Part shown: positions 1-10,082 of the stretch, one piece after another
How the letters are laid out: each line of letters begins with the position of its first letter
Numbering within the stretch: position 1 is the first letter of the stretch
Assembly (NCBI GenBank): GCA_963813155.1
Contig: CAWEYG010000001.1
Span: 544,001 to 608,000, forward strand
Length of the DNA: 64,000 bases
Source: an uncultured Acidobacteriota bacterium
GTDB lineage: Bacteria; Acidobacteriota; Thermoanaerobaculia; UBA5066; DATFVB01
Direction of reading: 5' to 3'
Notes under the pieces: generated by a model
Databases searched by the model: none
The model's input: the letters and a program-made list of their open reading frames with translations, nothing else
What the model was told of the DNA's origin: nothing
Position numbers and translations under genes: made by a program

Positions 1-152
1 TCTCCGCGAGAAGGCGAAGAAGGAGCTCGGGGCCGAAGTTCGACATCCGCAAGTTCCACGACGAAGTCCTCGGCGCCGGCTCGCTTCCGATGGACGTCCT
101 GGAAGCGCGAATCGACGCCTGGATCGCGTCGGAGAAGGGTTCTTCGAGCTAG
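1..152 (+). CDS. 3' end of DUF885 family protein (partial)
   Basis: Reads LREKAKKELG/PKFDIRKFHDEVLGAGSLPMDVLEARIDAWI, typical of the DUF885 C-terminus; TAG at 150-152; one extra G in the run near 29-32. Confidence 0.8.
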   Translation, partial: SARRRRRSSGPKFDIRKFHDEVLGAGSLPMDVLEARIDAWIASEKGSSS

Positions 153-156
153 CTTT

Positions 157-915
157 CTAGTCTTCGGTCAGTTTTTCGGCGAGGGCGGCCTGCTCCGCGA
201 GCCCGGCGGTGGCGAGCGCGCGGGCCGCCTCCCGCAACCGGATGACGCCCTCCGGGTCGTCGAGCAGCCGGAGCGTCAGGCCGAGCTGGAACAGCGTCGA
301 GGCGTCCCCTTTCGACAGTCCCTGGCGCCGCCGCAGATCGAGCGCCTCGCGAAGCGCAGCGACGCTTCCCTCCAGATGGGCGCGCCCGCGATCGGGGTCG
401 AGCTCGGCGAGCCGGCGGAGCGCGAGACCCAGGTTGTGGAGCGTCGCCGCGCGGGCGATCTCTTTTTCCCCGGTCCGAAACTCCAGAGCGCGCCGGTACA
501 GGCCGATCGCCTCGTCGAGCTCCCCTGGCGTCGCCCCGAGCGCGGCAATCGCGCTCGCGAGGTTGTGCAGCGCCCGGGCGTGGGCGTCGGGATCGCTCTC
601 CCGCGTCCAGTCGGCGAGGACCCGGCGAAAACACTCCCGCGCCCGGACGAGGTTCGCGGCCGGTCCCGGCGATCCGAAAAACGCGCCCGCGCCGTTGAAG
701 AACCTCGCCCGCTCGCCCGCCGCACGGCGAGTGACCGCGAGCCCGACTTCTTCGAGGCTCGACCAGAAGTCGTCGGCCAGCACCCGCGAAAGCGCGGCGT
801 CGCGTTCCCGAAGCTCCTCCTGGAACCGGTACCAGCTGCGAAAGGCCGCGACGGGATCTTCGGCGAACGCGGCCCGAAATCGGAGAAGGGCTTCGTCATG
901 GCTCGTGTCGCTCAA
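157..915 (-). CDS. Tetratricopeptide repeat protein
   Basis: Repeated motifs ARALHNLASAI..LDEAIGLYRRALE and AATLHNLGLAL..EALDLRR. Confidence 0.75.
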   Translation of the reverse strand: MSDTSHDEALLRFRAAFAEDPVAAFRSWYRFQEELRERDAALSRVLADDFWSSLEEVGLAVTRRAAGERARFFNGAGAFFGSPGPAANLVRARECFRRVLADWTRESDPDAHARALHNLASAIAALGATPGELDEAIGLYRRALEFRTGEKEIARAATLHNLGLALRRLAELDPDRGRAHLEGSVAALREALDLRRRQGLSKGDASTLFQLGLTLRLLDDPEGVIRLREAARALATAGLAEQAALAEKLTED

Positions 916-937
916 CGACTTCCCCTGATCGATGGTG

Positions 938-1012
938 CCCCCTCACCCCAACCCTCTCCCTCGAGGGAGAGGGTGAGTCGCCGAAGCGTCGCGAGGCGAC
1001 CGGGTGAGGGGG
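938..1012. repeat. REP-like palindromic element, copy 1 (intergenic)
   Basis: Terminal inverted repeats ccccctcaccc/gggtgaggggg; perfect inner palindrome accctctccctcgagggagagggt (951-974); second hairpin gtcgcc..ggcgac. Confidence 0.85.
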
Positions 1013-1024
1013 AACCGGGATCGC

Positions 1025-1858
1025 TCATTCGCGGAGCTTCTCGTCGCCGGGCCGGCTGTGGTTCCAGTAGTCCAGGCGCTGAGCCTTCCGGAGAGTCAGC
1101 GAGCCGCCGTCGGAGCGAGCCCACGAGCGCAGCGTGAAAGGGAACTCCGAATCGAACGTGAATCGATCGACGCCGGCGCCGGACCGCACCTCCACGACGC
1201 GCTCGGATCCCGAAGGCGTCACGACGATCGTCGCCGGCCGCGCTTCCGGATGGCCGAGGCGGGAACCCACGACGGAGGGATAAAGGGAAATCGGGTACTG
1301 CGCCGGCCCCGGCGCGCGGCGCAGCGTCCGGAGCTTGAACGGAAGCTCGTCGAAGAAAACGATGTCGCCGGGCAGGCGCTGGTCGAGCCGCCCGTCGCCC
1401 TCGCCGTCCCAGTACGTGTGGTACGTCAGGCGCAGGAAGCCGCCGTCGAGCCAGCCGAGCTTGAAGGAGTTCCCGCAAGAATCGTTGCTCGCGAGCGAGA
1501 ATTTCACGAGATTCCCCGTCGCGCGGTCCCAGAACGACGAGTGCATCTGGTGAAACGCGTACAACCCGGCCGGCACGTCGATCACCTGGTTCATCTTGAG
1601 AACTTCCGTGCCCGAAGGCGCGTCGGCCTTGACCCGCAGCTTCGGGTTGAACGGCTCTTTGACGACGATGTGAACGACCTCTGCGCTCCGAACGGTTCCG
1701 TCGCGAACCTCTTCGGCTTGGTAGACGTTGTACTCCGCCTTCCCGTCGTCCCAGAGGCGGTCGCGCAGGAGCTCGGCCCCGAAGGGCGACGGGGCGGGAG
1801 CCGCGGACGCGAGCGCGGCCGCCCACGCCGCGAAAATCGAAATCCGGAGCGCCTTCAT
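1025..1858 (-). CDS. Secreted hypothetical protein
   Basis: 277-aa ORF with signal peptide and normal globular composition (WDDGKAEYNVY, DSCGNSF). Confidence 0.75.
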   Translation of the reverse strand: MKALRISIFAAWAAALASAAPAPSPFGAELLRDRLWDDGKAEYNVYQAEEVRDGTVRSAEVVHIVVKEPFNPKLRVKADAPSGTEVLKMNQVIDVPAGLYAFHQMHSSFWDRATGNLVKFSLASNDSCGNSFKLGWLDGGFLRLTYHTYWDGEGDGRLDQRLPGDIVFFDELPFKLRTLRRAPGPAQYPISLYPSVVGSRLGHPEARPATIVVTPSGSERVVEVRSGAGVDRFTFDSEFPFTLRSWARSDGGSLTLRKAQRLDYWNHSRPGDEKLRE

Positions 1859-1875
1859 ACGGTAATCTTAGCCGG

Positions 1876-2658
1876 ATGAAGCGGCTCCTCGCGTTTCTCC
1901 TCGCCCTCCCGCTCGCCGCCGCTCCGGCAATCGCCGCGGGTTTTCGCTTCCGCGCGGCGACGCACGCCGAGGGAACGGCTTCGGCCGCGATCTCGATGGC
2001 CGACACGGAAGTGACCGGCCGGGTGGACGGCTCCCGCGCCCGGATCGAGATCGACAAGAGCCGCAACCCGCTGCTTCCGCAGGGCAGCGTTCTTCTGACC
2101 CAGGACGGCGGCAAGACGTTCTCGCTGCTCGACCTCGCGCGCAAGACGTCGTCCGCCTGGACGCCGCCCGAGCGGGCAGGGGGCAGCGCGGCGGCCCGGT
2201 CGATCGTGCGCGTGCAGTTCGAGGACCCCGACGTCCGGAAGATCGCAGAGGGCGCGGGAGAGAAAATCTCCGGGCACGCGACGAGGTACTTCAAGTTCCG
2301 CGTGGGGTACGTGACCGCGGTGGACGTCATGGGCTCGGTTCAGAAGACCTCGACGAACCGCGTCGAGGAGCTCTGGACCGCGCCGGACCTGACGGAGGCC
2401 GGGTTCGCGGCGTGGCTTCGGAAAGATTCGGCGCCGACCGGCAACGAAGAGCTCGACCGCCGGATCGCCGCCGAGCTCTCGGGAGCGCCGGGCACGCCGC
2501 TCAAGCGCGTCACGACGACGACGTGGAAGGACTCGAGCGGAAAAGATCAGACCGTGAAAACCACGATCACGGTGTCGGAATTGAAGAAAGACTCGCCGCC
2601 TGGCGAGCTCTTCCAGCCTCCGCCGGGATTCCGAGGCGCCTCGCCGGAGAAGAACTGA
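1876..2658 (+). CDS. Secreted DUF4412-like protein
   Basis: Signal peptide; GEKISGHATRYF, ELWTAPDL, GTPLKRVT and LFQPPPGF pattern typical of DUF4412. Confidence 0.65.
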   Translation: MKRLLAFLLALPLAAAPAIAAGFRFRAATHAEGTASAAISMADTEVTGRVDGSRARIEIDKSRNPLLPQGSVLLTQDGGKTFSLLDLARKTSSAWTPPERAGGSAAARSIVRVQFEDPDVRKIAEGAGEKISGHATRYFKFRVGYVTAVDVMGSVQKTSTNRVEELWTAPDLTEAGFAAWLRKDSAPTGNEELDRRIAAELSGAPGTPLKRVTTTTWKDSSGKDQTVKTTITVSELKKDSPPGELFQPPPGFRGASPEKN

Positions 2659-3458
2659 GGAGACTCGCGCTCCTCGTCCTCCTCGCGGGCGCTGCCCTCG
2701 GGCAGGAGGCGACCCCGATCATCCAGGACAATTCGTTTCTCGTCGAAGAGGCGTACAACCAGGACCCGGGCGTCGTTCAGCACATCCAGACGTTCTCCCG
2801 CGACCGGAACCGCGACGAATGGCTCTACACGTTCACGCAGGAATGGCCCGTCCCGGGCCTCGCGCACCAGCTCTCGTACACGCTTGCGTACCAGCGAACG
2901 GACGGCGTCGCGAAGCCCGCCGACATGCTCGTGAACTATCGCTACCAGCTGCTCGGGAACGCCGAGGCGAGAGTCGCCTGCGCGCCGCGTCTCTCGCTGA
3001 TCCTTCCGACGGGCGACGCGAAGGCGGGCACCGGGAACGGTTCCGTCGGCGTGCAGGCGCTCGTGCCGGTCAGCATCGTGCTCGGCGAGAAGTGGGCGGC
3101 CCATTCGAATCTCGGCGGGACCGTCGTTCCCTCCGCCCGCGACGCCGCGGGACGGAAGGCAACGACGCGGAGCGTGAACCTCGGGCAGAGTTTCATCTGG
3201 CAGGCGACGAACCGGTTCAACGTGATGCTCGAATCGGTCTGGAGCCGCGACGAGTCGGTCGCCGGGGAAGGGCGCACGACCCGCCAGGACTCGTTTCTCG
3301 TCAGCCCCGGAATCCGCTGGGCCTACAACTGCGCGGGCGGCCTGCAGATCGTGCCGGGGATCGCGTTTCCGTTCGGCGTCGGGCCGAGCTCCGGACAGAA
3401 GAGCGTTTTTCTCTACCTCAGTTTCGAGGGGCCCGTCTGGAAGCCGCGGGGAAGCTGA
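2655..3458 (+). CDS. Outer-membrane beta-barrel transporter (MetA-pathway/phenol-degradation-like)
   Basis: Signal peptide; IQDNSFLVEEAYNQDPG, LILPTGDAKAGTGNG; amphipathic strands ending FLYLSFE; start approximate (CTG overlapping upstream stop). Confidence 0.65.
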   Translation: MRRLALLVLLAGAALGQEATPIIQDNSFLVEEAYNQDPGVVQHIQTFSRDRNRDEWLYTFTQEWPVPGLAHQLSYTLAYQRTDGVAKPADMLVNYRYQLLGNAEARVACAPRLSLILPTGDAKAGTGNGSVGVQALVPVSIVLGEKWAAHSNLGGTVVPSARDAAGRKATTRSVNLGQSFIWQATNRFNVMLESVWSRDESVAGEGRTTRQDSFLVSPGIRWAYNCAGGLQIVPGIAFPFGVGPSSGQKSVFLYLSFEGPVWKPRGS

Positions 3459-3460
3459 AC

Positions 3461-4796
3461 TCACGTAATCTCCCTCCCCTTCGTCTCCTCGAACGTCCAG
3501 ATCCACGCCCCGGTCGCGAGCGCGAAAATCACGGCGAGGGACATTCCCCCCCGCGAGCCCGTAGCGCCTCGCGAGCACCGCGACGATCACGGGCGTGACG
3601 AACTGGATTCCGCGCGCGATGTTGTACGCCGCGCCCATCGCCGTCGAGCGCACGGACGTCGGGAAGAGCTCCGCGAAGAGCGGGCCGAATCCTCCCCACA
3701 CGCCCGTCCCGACGCCGACGAGGAAGAGAAAACCGAGCCCCGCCGCCGGGTGCGCCGCGACCGTGTCCCAGAACAGCGTCGTCATCGCGAGACCCGCGGC
3801 GAAGAGGAGCGAGTAGATCGTGAACGCGGGGCGGCGCCCGAGGCGATCGGCCGCGAACCCGAACGACAGGTAGCCGAGGAACCCTCCCGCCTGCGCGACG
3901 AGAATCCACGACGCGGATTTCGCCATGGAGAAATGGCGCTGCTCGTACAGGTACCCGGGCAGCCACGAATACGTGAACCAGTAGGCCGACATCGTGAAGG
4001 TCGTGAGGATCGTGCAGCGGACAAAGACGGGGCGCAGGTCCTGATTTCGATCCGGGTCCACGAATCTGCGGCGCCCCCTCACCCTTCCCTCTCCCTCGAG
4101 GGAGAGGGTGGGACCCCGGAGCGAAGCGACGGAGGACCGGGTGAGGGGGTCAACGGCGATCGACGCCGAGTTGCCCTGAGCCAGCCACACGTCCGACTCG
4201 GGCAGCTTCTTCCGGATCGCGACGACGAGCAGCGCCGGCAGTCCGGAGATCAGGAAGCACGCGCGCCACCCGATCGCCGGCGCGAGGAACCCCCCGACGA
4301 CCGACGCGAGCGCGACTCCGATCGGCGCGCCGGTCTGAACGTAGGCTCCGTACCGGCCCCGCACTTTCGCGGGAAACGTTTCCCCGACGTACGTCTGCCC
4401 GGTCGCCCACTCTCCCCCGACGCCGAGACCCGTCACGACGCGGCAGAGCAGGAGCACGGGGAGGTTCGGAGCGAGCCCGCTCGCGAGCGTGCCCGCGCTG
4501 AACACGAGGATCGTCCACTGCAGCACGGGCTTTCGCCCGACGCGATCCGCGAGAAAGCCGAAGAAGATGCCTCCCACCGCGGTCGCCGCGAGCGACGCTC
4601 CGAAAATCGCGGAAACCTCGACGGTCGAGAGGCGAAGCTCCCGGCCCAGAGGGATCAGGAGAAAGCTGTAGAGAATGAGGTCGTAGAAGTCGAACACCCA
4701 GCCCGCCCACGCCATCGCGAGGATTTCGTAGTGCGTTCGGCCGAGCTTTTCGGCCTGATTCAGGAAACGTGTGGGGGCGGAAGGGGTTGTCGACAC
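3461..4796 (-). CDS. MFS transporter (1-nt indel near 3546-3552; in-frame repeat insertion)
   Basis: WVFDFYD, GFLADRVGRK, GLGVGGEW, ADRLGRR, AELFPTSVRSTAMG; C-terminus continues in shifted frame to WTFEETKGREIT*. Confidence 0.9.
4074..4149. repeat. REP-like palindromic element, copy 2, inside the MFS gene
   Basis: Same termini ccccctcaccc/gggtgaggggg and core ccctctccctcgagggagaggg as 938-1012. Confidence 0.85.
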
Positions 4797-4866
4797 AAAA
4801 GGTTCTGAAGGAGGATAATAGATCATCGCGCGCTCATTTTCGCTGCGGCTCGTCCCGCTCCTGGCG

Positions 4867-7717
4867 TTGTGGGTCTTTCGGACAACGGCCCTCTCGGCCG
4901 ACTCCGTGACCCCTGTGCGCTCGTTCCGCTCCTTCGACAAGCGGACCTGGAACGGCCTTCCCCAGTCCACGCCGCTCGACCTGTTGCAGGACGACTCCGG
5001 CTTGTTGTGGGTCGCGACCCTCGACGGCGTCGCGACATTCGACGGAAGCGATGTGGAGCGAATCGCGCCGAGCGGGGCGGCTCCGGCGAGCGGCGCCGTC
5101 TACTCTCTCGAGCCGCGCCGGAAGGGAGGCCTGTACGCCGGCGCGACGCGGGGAGTTCACGTCTTCGACGGGCGCGAATGGAAGCTCCTGCCGACGCGCA
5201 GCTCCGTGTTCTCGGTTGCCGAGGACCGCAGCGGCGCCCTCTGGATCGTCGACGAGGAGGGAAAAGTCTGGCGAAACCTCCATCCCGACTCCGGCGCGCC
5301 GTGGGACCTCCAGGGCGACCCCCGCATCCCCGCGTTCGCCGTCACCGTCTCCGCGGACGATTCGTCCGTGTGGATCGGCGGAAAGTCCGGCGTCGCGCGC
5401 GTCGCCGGAGGATCGATCGAGCCGTCGGAGTCGTCCCCGCGGAACGTGAGCGCTCTTCTCGCCTTGCCCTCGGGAGAATGCTGGGCCGGCACCGACGACG
5501 GACGCCTCTTTTTCCGGAAGGCGGGCGCGGCGGCGTGGACTTCCGTCGCGCCGTTCGGCTGGACGGGCGGCCGGATCCGGTGTCTCGCGCGCGATCGGCG
5601 CGGGCGGATCTGGGCGGGGGGAAACGAGGGCCACGTCGCGTTCGGGCGCGACGGAAGTCCGTGGGAACAGTGGGGCCCCGAGAATGGGCTCAAACCCGCC
5701 ACCGTCAACTCGATCCTCGCGGACCGCGAGGGCTCGATCTGGTTCGGATTCAACGGCAGCGGCCTGCAGCAATGGCTCGGCGAGGCTTGGACCCACCGCA
5801 ACCGCTGGTCTCCCGACGACGCGCTCTCCACCCGCGTTCCCGTCTTCGGCATCGCGCCGGCGGCGGGGGGATTTCTCGCGGCCGCGGTGAACCACGGCAT
5901 CTGGAAATGGGACGGGCAGCGGATGCGCGAGCTCGGCAAGTCCGACGGGTTGACCGAAGACGTCGTCAGCGTGGCGGAGCCCGCCGCGGGCGTGATCTGG
6001 GCGGGAGCTCGGATGGGGATCTTCGAGTCGCGCTCGGGGGGGCGATTCCGGAAGGCGTTCGATCTCCCGACGGGGTTCGTGACCTCCTTCTCGCGCTCGC
6101 CGGCGGGCGGTTGGTTCGCGACGACGTCCTCGGCCGGGATCCTCCAACTCGAAGACGGCGCGTGGACGCCGGCCGCGGACCTGAATCGCCAGCTTCCCGG
6201 ACAGAACGTCCGCGCGATCGCGTGGCTGCGCAACGGCGATCTGGCCGTCGGCACGATGCACGGCCTCGCGATGTTTCACGGGGGCGTCCGGCAGCCGGGG
6301 GCGGAAGGCGAGGGAATCTCTTCCGAGTCGGTCAGCAGTCTCCTGGAGCTCGACGGCGGAGAGCTCTGGGCGGGAGGAACGGGAGGCATCGCGATCCGCA
6401 AGGGCGGCCGGTGGCAAAAAGCGGAACGCGGGCCGAAGAGTTTCCCACCGACACCGTCTACTCCCTCGCCCGCGCGCCCGACGGAAGCGTCTGGGAAGGC
6501 AGCGGCGCGGGAGTCGGTCACTACGCGGGCGGAAAGTGGACGTTCTACGATGCGAGCAACGGGCTGATCGAGGACGAATGCAACTCCGGCGGCCTCTGGA
6601 TCGCGCCCGACGGGTCCGTCTACGTCGGGACGATGGCTTCTCTCGCCCGTTTCGACTCGTCGATCGCCGCTCTGGCCCTTCCGCCGCTGCGCTGTATCTG
6701 GAAAGACGCGACGGCGGCCGCGGCCGGCGGCATCACCCGCCTTCCGGACGGAACGCGGCGGGTCCGGCTGACCTGGACGGCCCCCTGGCTGACGCCCCAG
6801 CCGGTCGAATACCGGGTCCGGATCGCGCGGCTGGGCCCGGAATGGCTGCCGGCGCAGAGCGACAACGAGTTCGCGCTCGAGAACCTTCCGGAAGGCCGGT
6901 TCGACGTGGAGGTGGCCGCGAGACTCGCGGGCTCCGCCGAGGGCCAGTGGACGGAGCCGATCCGCGCGTCGTTCTTCGCGGAGCCCTTTTGGTGGGAAAC
7001 GCGCCTCGCGAAAGTCGCGGGAGCGCTGATCCTCGCGCTTCTCGTGCTCGCCGTCGTCCGCCTTCGCACGCGGCAGCTCGCCCGTCGGGCAGCCTGGCTG
7101 AACGAAGAAGTCGCGAGGCAGACGGCGGAGCTCCGCGAGAGCCACCTGGAGCTCCAGGAGGCCGCACCGCGCGCTCGAGGAGCTGGCGCGGCGCGACGCG
7201 CTGACGGGGCTCGTACAACCGGCGCATGGCTGACGAGCGCCTGGAAGAAGTCTTCAAGTCGCAGTCCAGAACGCGCGCGCCGATTTCCGTCATGCTCGTC
7301 GACGTGGACAACCTCAAGTCCATCAACGACCTCGGAGGCCACGACGTGGGAGACTCGGTCCTCAAGTCCGTCGCCGGCGCGTGCCGCGAGGTCTTTCGCG
7401 CCTCCGACCTGCTCGTCCGGTACGGCGGCGACGAGTTCCTCGTCCTCCTGCCGGAGACCGGCGAAGACGAAGCGGCGATCTGCGCGGAACGCCTCGTCGC
7501 GGAGCTCGCGGAGCTTCCCCCGATCCGGCTCGCAAACGAGTTCACGCGCCTGCAGATCTCCGGCGGAATCGCGACGGCTCCCGCGTCCGAAGAGGGAACG
7601 CCCGCGCAGCTGATCGAGCGCGCGGACCGCGCGCTCTACGCCGCGAAGCGCGCCGGGCGCAACCGCATCGTGCCGTTCTCCGCGATCGACGAGAGCGAGC
7701 TGGCCGCGCCGGGGTAG
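4867..7717 (+). CDS. Beta-propeller sensor diguanylate cyclase (GGDEF), split by indels near 6430-6445 and 7160-7220
   Basis: Reg_prop-like repeats (QDDSGLLWVAT, EDRSGALW, DREGSIWFG), Y_Y_Y-like region, TM after PFWWET, then DVDNLKSIND..GHDVGD..RYGGDEF..ADRALYAAKRAGRN; start uncertain. Confidence 0.85.
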
Positions 7718-7728
7718 GGCCTCGTTCT

Positions 7729-7880
7729 TGTCATTGCGAGCGAAAGCGAAGCAATCTGCCCCGGGAACCCGACCTCACCACCGCTCACGCGCGTCCCCCT
7801 CTCCATGTGGAGAGGGAACAGCTGGGCTACCAAATCGAGCAATCTCCCCATCCGTCGCGCCGAGCTTTAGCGAAGGCGGA
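7729..7880. repeat. Cluster of three different REP-like palindrome remnants
   Basis: tgtcattgcgagcgaaagcgaagcaatct (7729-7757); cctcacc..ccctctccatgtggagaggg (7773-7816); tccg..agctttagcgaaggcgga (7851-7880). Confidence 0.6.
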
Positions 7881-8004
7881 TGTCCCCTTTTCGGAGCTCG
7901 CGCGATGGGAACTGGTGGAGGGGTATGCTTTTCGAGATGACTTTCGATCGAGCCCGCCTGACGCCGGTTATCCACATTCGCTTAATCACCTGTTGGGCGG
8001 CGCA

Positions 8005-8349
8005 ATGAAGGTCATCTGCTGCTAGTGGTCGGGTTGGCGGCGACGATCTCGTGGGGAGCCGACCACGCTGACGAGTGGTTTAATGCCATCGAGCCGTCGA
8101 CCGTTACGACGAGCGTGCCGCCCGGCAAGGACTTCTCGACCGTGCGAATGACGCTCGCGGCAAATGGCGACGCCCAGGTTGAGGTGTCCGACCTTGCCGA
8201 TGGGAAGTCGTCTACCGGCTTCACTAAGTACTAGTTTCAGGTACTCGACTGCTCTGCGAAGGGCATCCCTCTTTCTCCTGGCGCCGGAAATCGATGCGAT
8301 CGACGGGCCGACGCTCGAGGTTCGTCATACGTGGCCTAGTCTCGCATGA
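8005..8349 (+). pseudogene. Degraded small secreted-protein gene
   Basis: ATG 8005, frame break after a few codons, signal-like VVGLAATISWG, stop at 8234; lower GC than flanks. Confidence 0.35.
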
Positions 8350-8629
8350 AGACTTGAATCATTACGGACTGCTGTTGCTACGGCGGGCTTCTGGCAATCT
8401 GGTACGCCGCGATGTTTTACGTGCTCGACCGTCGGTTTCACACAGAGATGAGCCAGGAGGAGATCCGGCTGCCACGAACTCTCGCGCAGGGGAATTTCTA
8501 TACCGCCTTCTTTTGCCTACTTTCGCCGTCTGCTTCAGTGCCGGGGCCCTCTTCGGCGCTCTGATGTGGTGGCTGATGGAACGGCAGTACAAGCAGTATC
8601 AGCGCAAGAGCGGTGCCGTGAATGCGTGA
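8294..8629 (+). CDS. Small membrane protein (start uncertain, possibly a remnant)
   Basis: C-terminal TM LLLPTFAVCFSAGALFGALMWWLMERQY. Confidence 0.45.
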   Translation: MRSTGRRSRFVIRGLVSHEDLNHYGLLLLRRASGNLVRRDVLRARPSVSHRDEPGGDPAATNSRAGEFLYRLLLPTFAVCFSAGALFGALMWWLMERQYKQYQRKSGAVNA

Positions 8630-8641
8630 ATTGCACAGCCC

Positions 8642-8700
8642 GCCGATCATCGACTTGCAGCGGACTTCGGCCCGCGGCTTTCCGCTGAGCTCCCTTGGGC
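8642..8700 (+). repeat. Degenerate attC-like site (59 bp)
   Basis: gccgatc (R''-like), ttgcagcggac/tccgctga inner inverted repeat, cttgggc (R'-like), between two co-oriented small ORFs. Confidence 0.5.
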
Positions 8701-8710
8701 CGGGATAGAA

Positions 8711-9094
8711 ATGAATTGGCAATCGATCCCGAACCGCGGTGCCTTGATCGTTTTCGCCGCGATGTGCCTCGCAGGAAACGTGGGAAGAGCTGTCTACTAC
8801 TCGGCAGGCAGGCGCGAGTCAGATATTTTCGCCATGTTGTTCTATTTCGGCTTTGCCGGCGCGGTAGGCCACTGGATCACGGCGGACAGCAGGCGTATCG
8901 GTTTGCGGCGGGATCCCGACGGCGGCTTTTCTCATTGGGCCTGGCCTATTGCATTTCCCTGGCACGTCTTCAAGACGCGAGGAGTCCAAGGCTTTAAGAC
9001 GCTTGGCGGATTCGTCGCGATATTCTTCGGCGCATGCGGCGTTGGTTTGGCAGTGTTCTATTCTCTGAGGTACGCGCACAAGCACCCGCTATGA
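8711..9094 (+). CDS. Hypothetical membrane protein
   Basis: 127-aa ORF with 3-4 hydrophobic segments (WAWPIAFPWHVFKTRG); lower GC. Confidence 0.7.
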   Translation: MNWQSIPNRGALIVFAAMCLAGNVGRAVYYSAGRRESDIFAMLFYFGFAGAVGHWITADSRRIGLRRDPDGGFSHWAWPIAFPWHVFKTRGVQGFKTLGGFVAIFFGACGVGLAVFYSLRYAHKHPL

Positions 9095-9149
9095 GCCCAC
9101 GTCCTGACTTCGCCTTTCTAGGGAGCGCGCGCCCCGCCCTCGTGACCCC

Positions 9150-9687
9150 ATGATCCCCCTCCTCCTCGCACTCGCCTCCGCGCCGCGCCCCTGCCTCGCC
9201 TTCCTTCCCTCCGACACGAAGGAGATCCCCGACTGCGTCTCGACGGACGCGCGAGGCGCGATGGTCGTCGGCGCGAGCGCCCGGAAGCAGCTCGCGTTCG
9301 AGCACGGCCTGGCGACGATCTCCGTCGACGGCGCATTCTTCTACGTCGACCGCCGCGGGCAAGACGGCCCGCGCGCTGCCGTTCGACAACGGCCCGGACC
9401 CGTTCGTCGAAGGGCTCGCGCGCACGATCGTCGACGGCAAGGTCGGGTTCCTCGACCGCCAGCTTCGGCGGGTCATCGCGCCGCAATGGGACTTCGCGTT
9501 TCCGTTCCGCGGCGGCATTGCCGTCGTCTGCAACGGCTGCCGCGCCGAACCCGGCGACGAGCACCGCAAGATCACGGGCGGCGTGTGGGGCTACATCGAC
9601 CGCAGGGGACGCACTGTCGTGCCGGTGACGCATCCAGAAGACAAGCTGCCCTCGCGCGAAGACGCGCTCCGCCTCATTCGGAAATGA
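9150..9687 (+). CDS. WG-repeat protein (indel near 9358)
   Basis: Joined frames give FDNGPDPFVEGLARTIVDGKVGFLDR, PQWDFAFPFRGGIAVVC, GVWGYIDRRG. Confidence 0.8.
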
Positions 9688-10004
9688 CGTCGCCGAAGCA
9701 CGCGCTCATCTACGCCGCCGTCTCGCGCATCCCGCGCGGCCGCGTCGCCACGTACGGGCAGATCGCGCGACTCGCGGGGCTCCCCGACCACGCGCGCCTC
9801 GTCGGCTACGCGCTCCACGCGCTGCCGGAACGCACGCGCGTCCCGTGGCACCGCGTCGTGAACGCGAAGGGGACGATCAGCATCCGCACGAGCGGGTCGG
9901 GTCACGACATCCTGCAGAAGAAAATGCTGCAGCGCGAGGGCGTTCGAATCGGCAAGGACGGCCGTCTGTCGCTCGCGCTCTACCGCTGGCGGCCAAGGGG
10001 CTAG
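9684..10004 (+). CDS. Alkyltransferase-like protein (MGMT family, YbaZ/Atl1 type)
   Basis: IPRGRVATYGQIARLAG..ARLVGYAL..VPWHRVVN; Trp replaces the catalytic Cys of PCHRV. Confidence 0.9.
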   Translation: MTSPKHALIYAAVSRIPRGRVATYGQIARLAGLPDHARLVGYALHALPERTRVPWHRVVNAKGTISIRTSGSGHDILQKKMLQREGVRIGKDGRLSLALYRWRPRG

Positions 10005-10021
10005 GACGAAAGAGAGCTCGG

Positions 10022-10064
10022 AAAAAGAAAGCGGGTGGCGCAGCGAGAACCGCGCCACCCGCTT
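10022..10064 (-). terminator. Intrinsic terminator for the minus-strand hydrolase gene
   Basis: 13-bp stem aagcgggtggcgc/gcgccacccgctt with A-tract at 10022-10030 (U-tract on minus strand). Confidence 0.75.
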
Positions 10065-10082
10065 CCGGCGGACCTTTGAAAG

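Noticed and set aside
7968-7976. DnaA box TTATCCACA as a replication origin
   Set aside because: Single box, no cluster and no origin-associated genes.
9150-10004. WG-repeat/alkyltransferase-like fusion in the ORF track
   Set aside because: Produced by one indel near 9358; two genes overlap by ATGA at 9684-9687.
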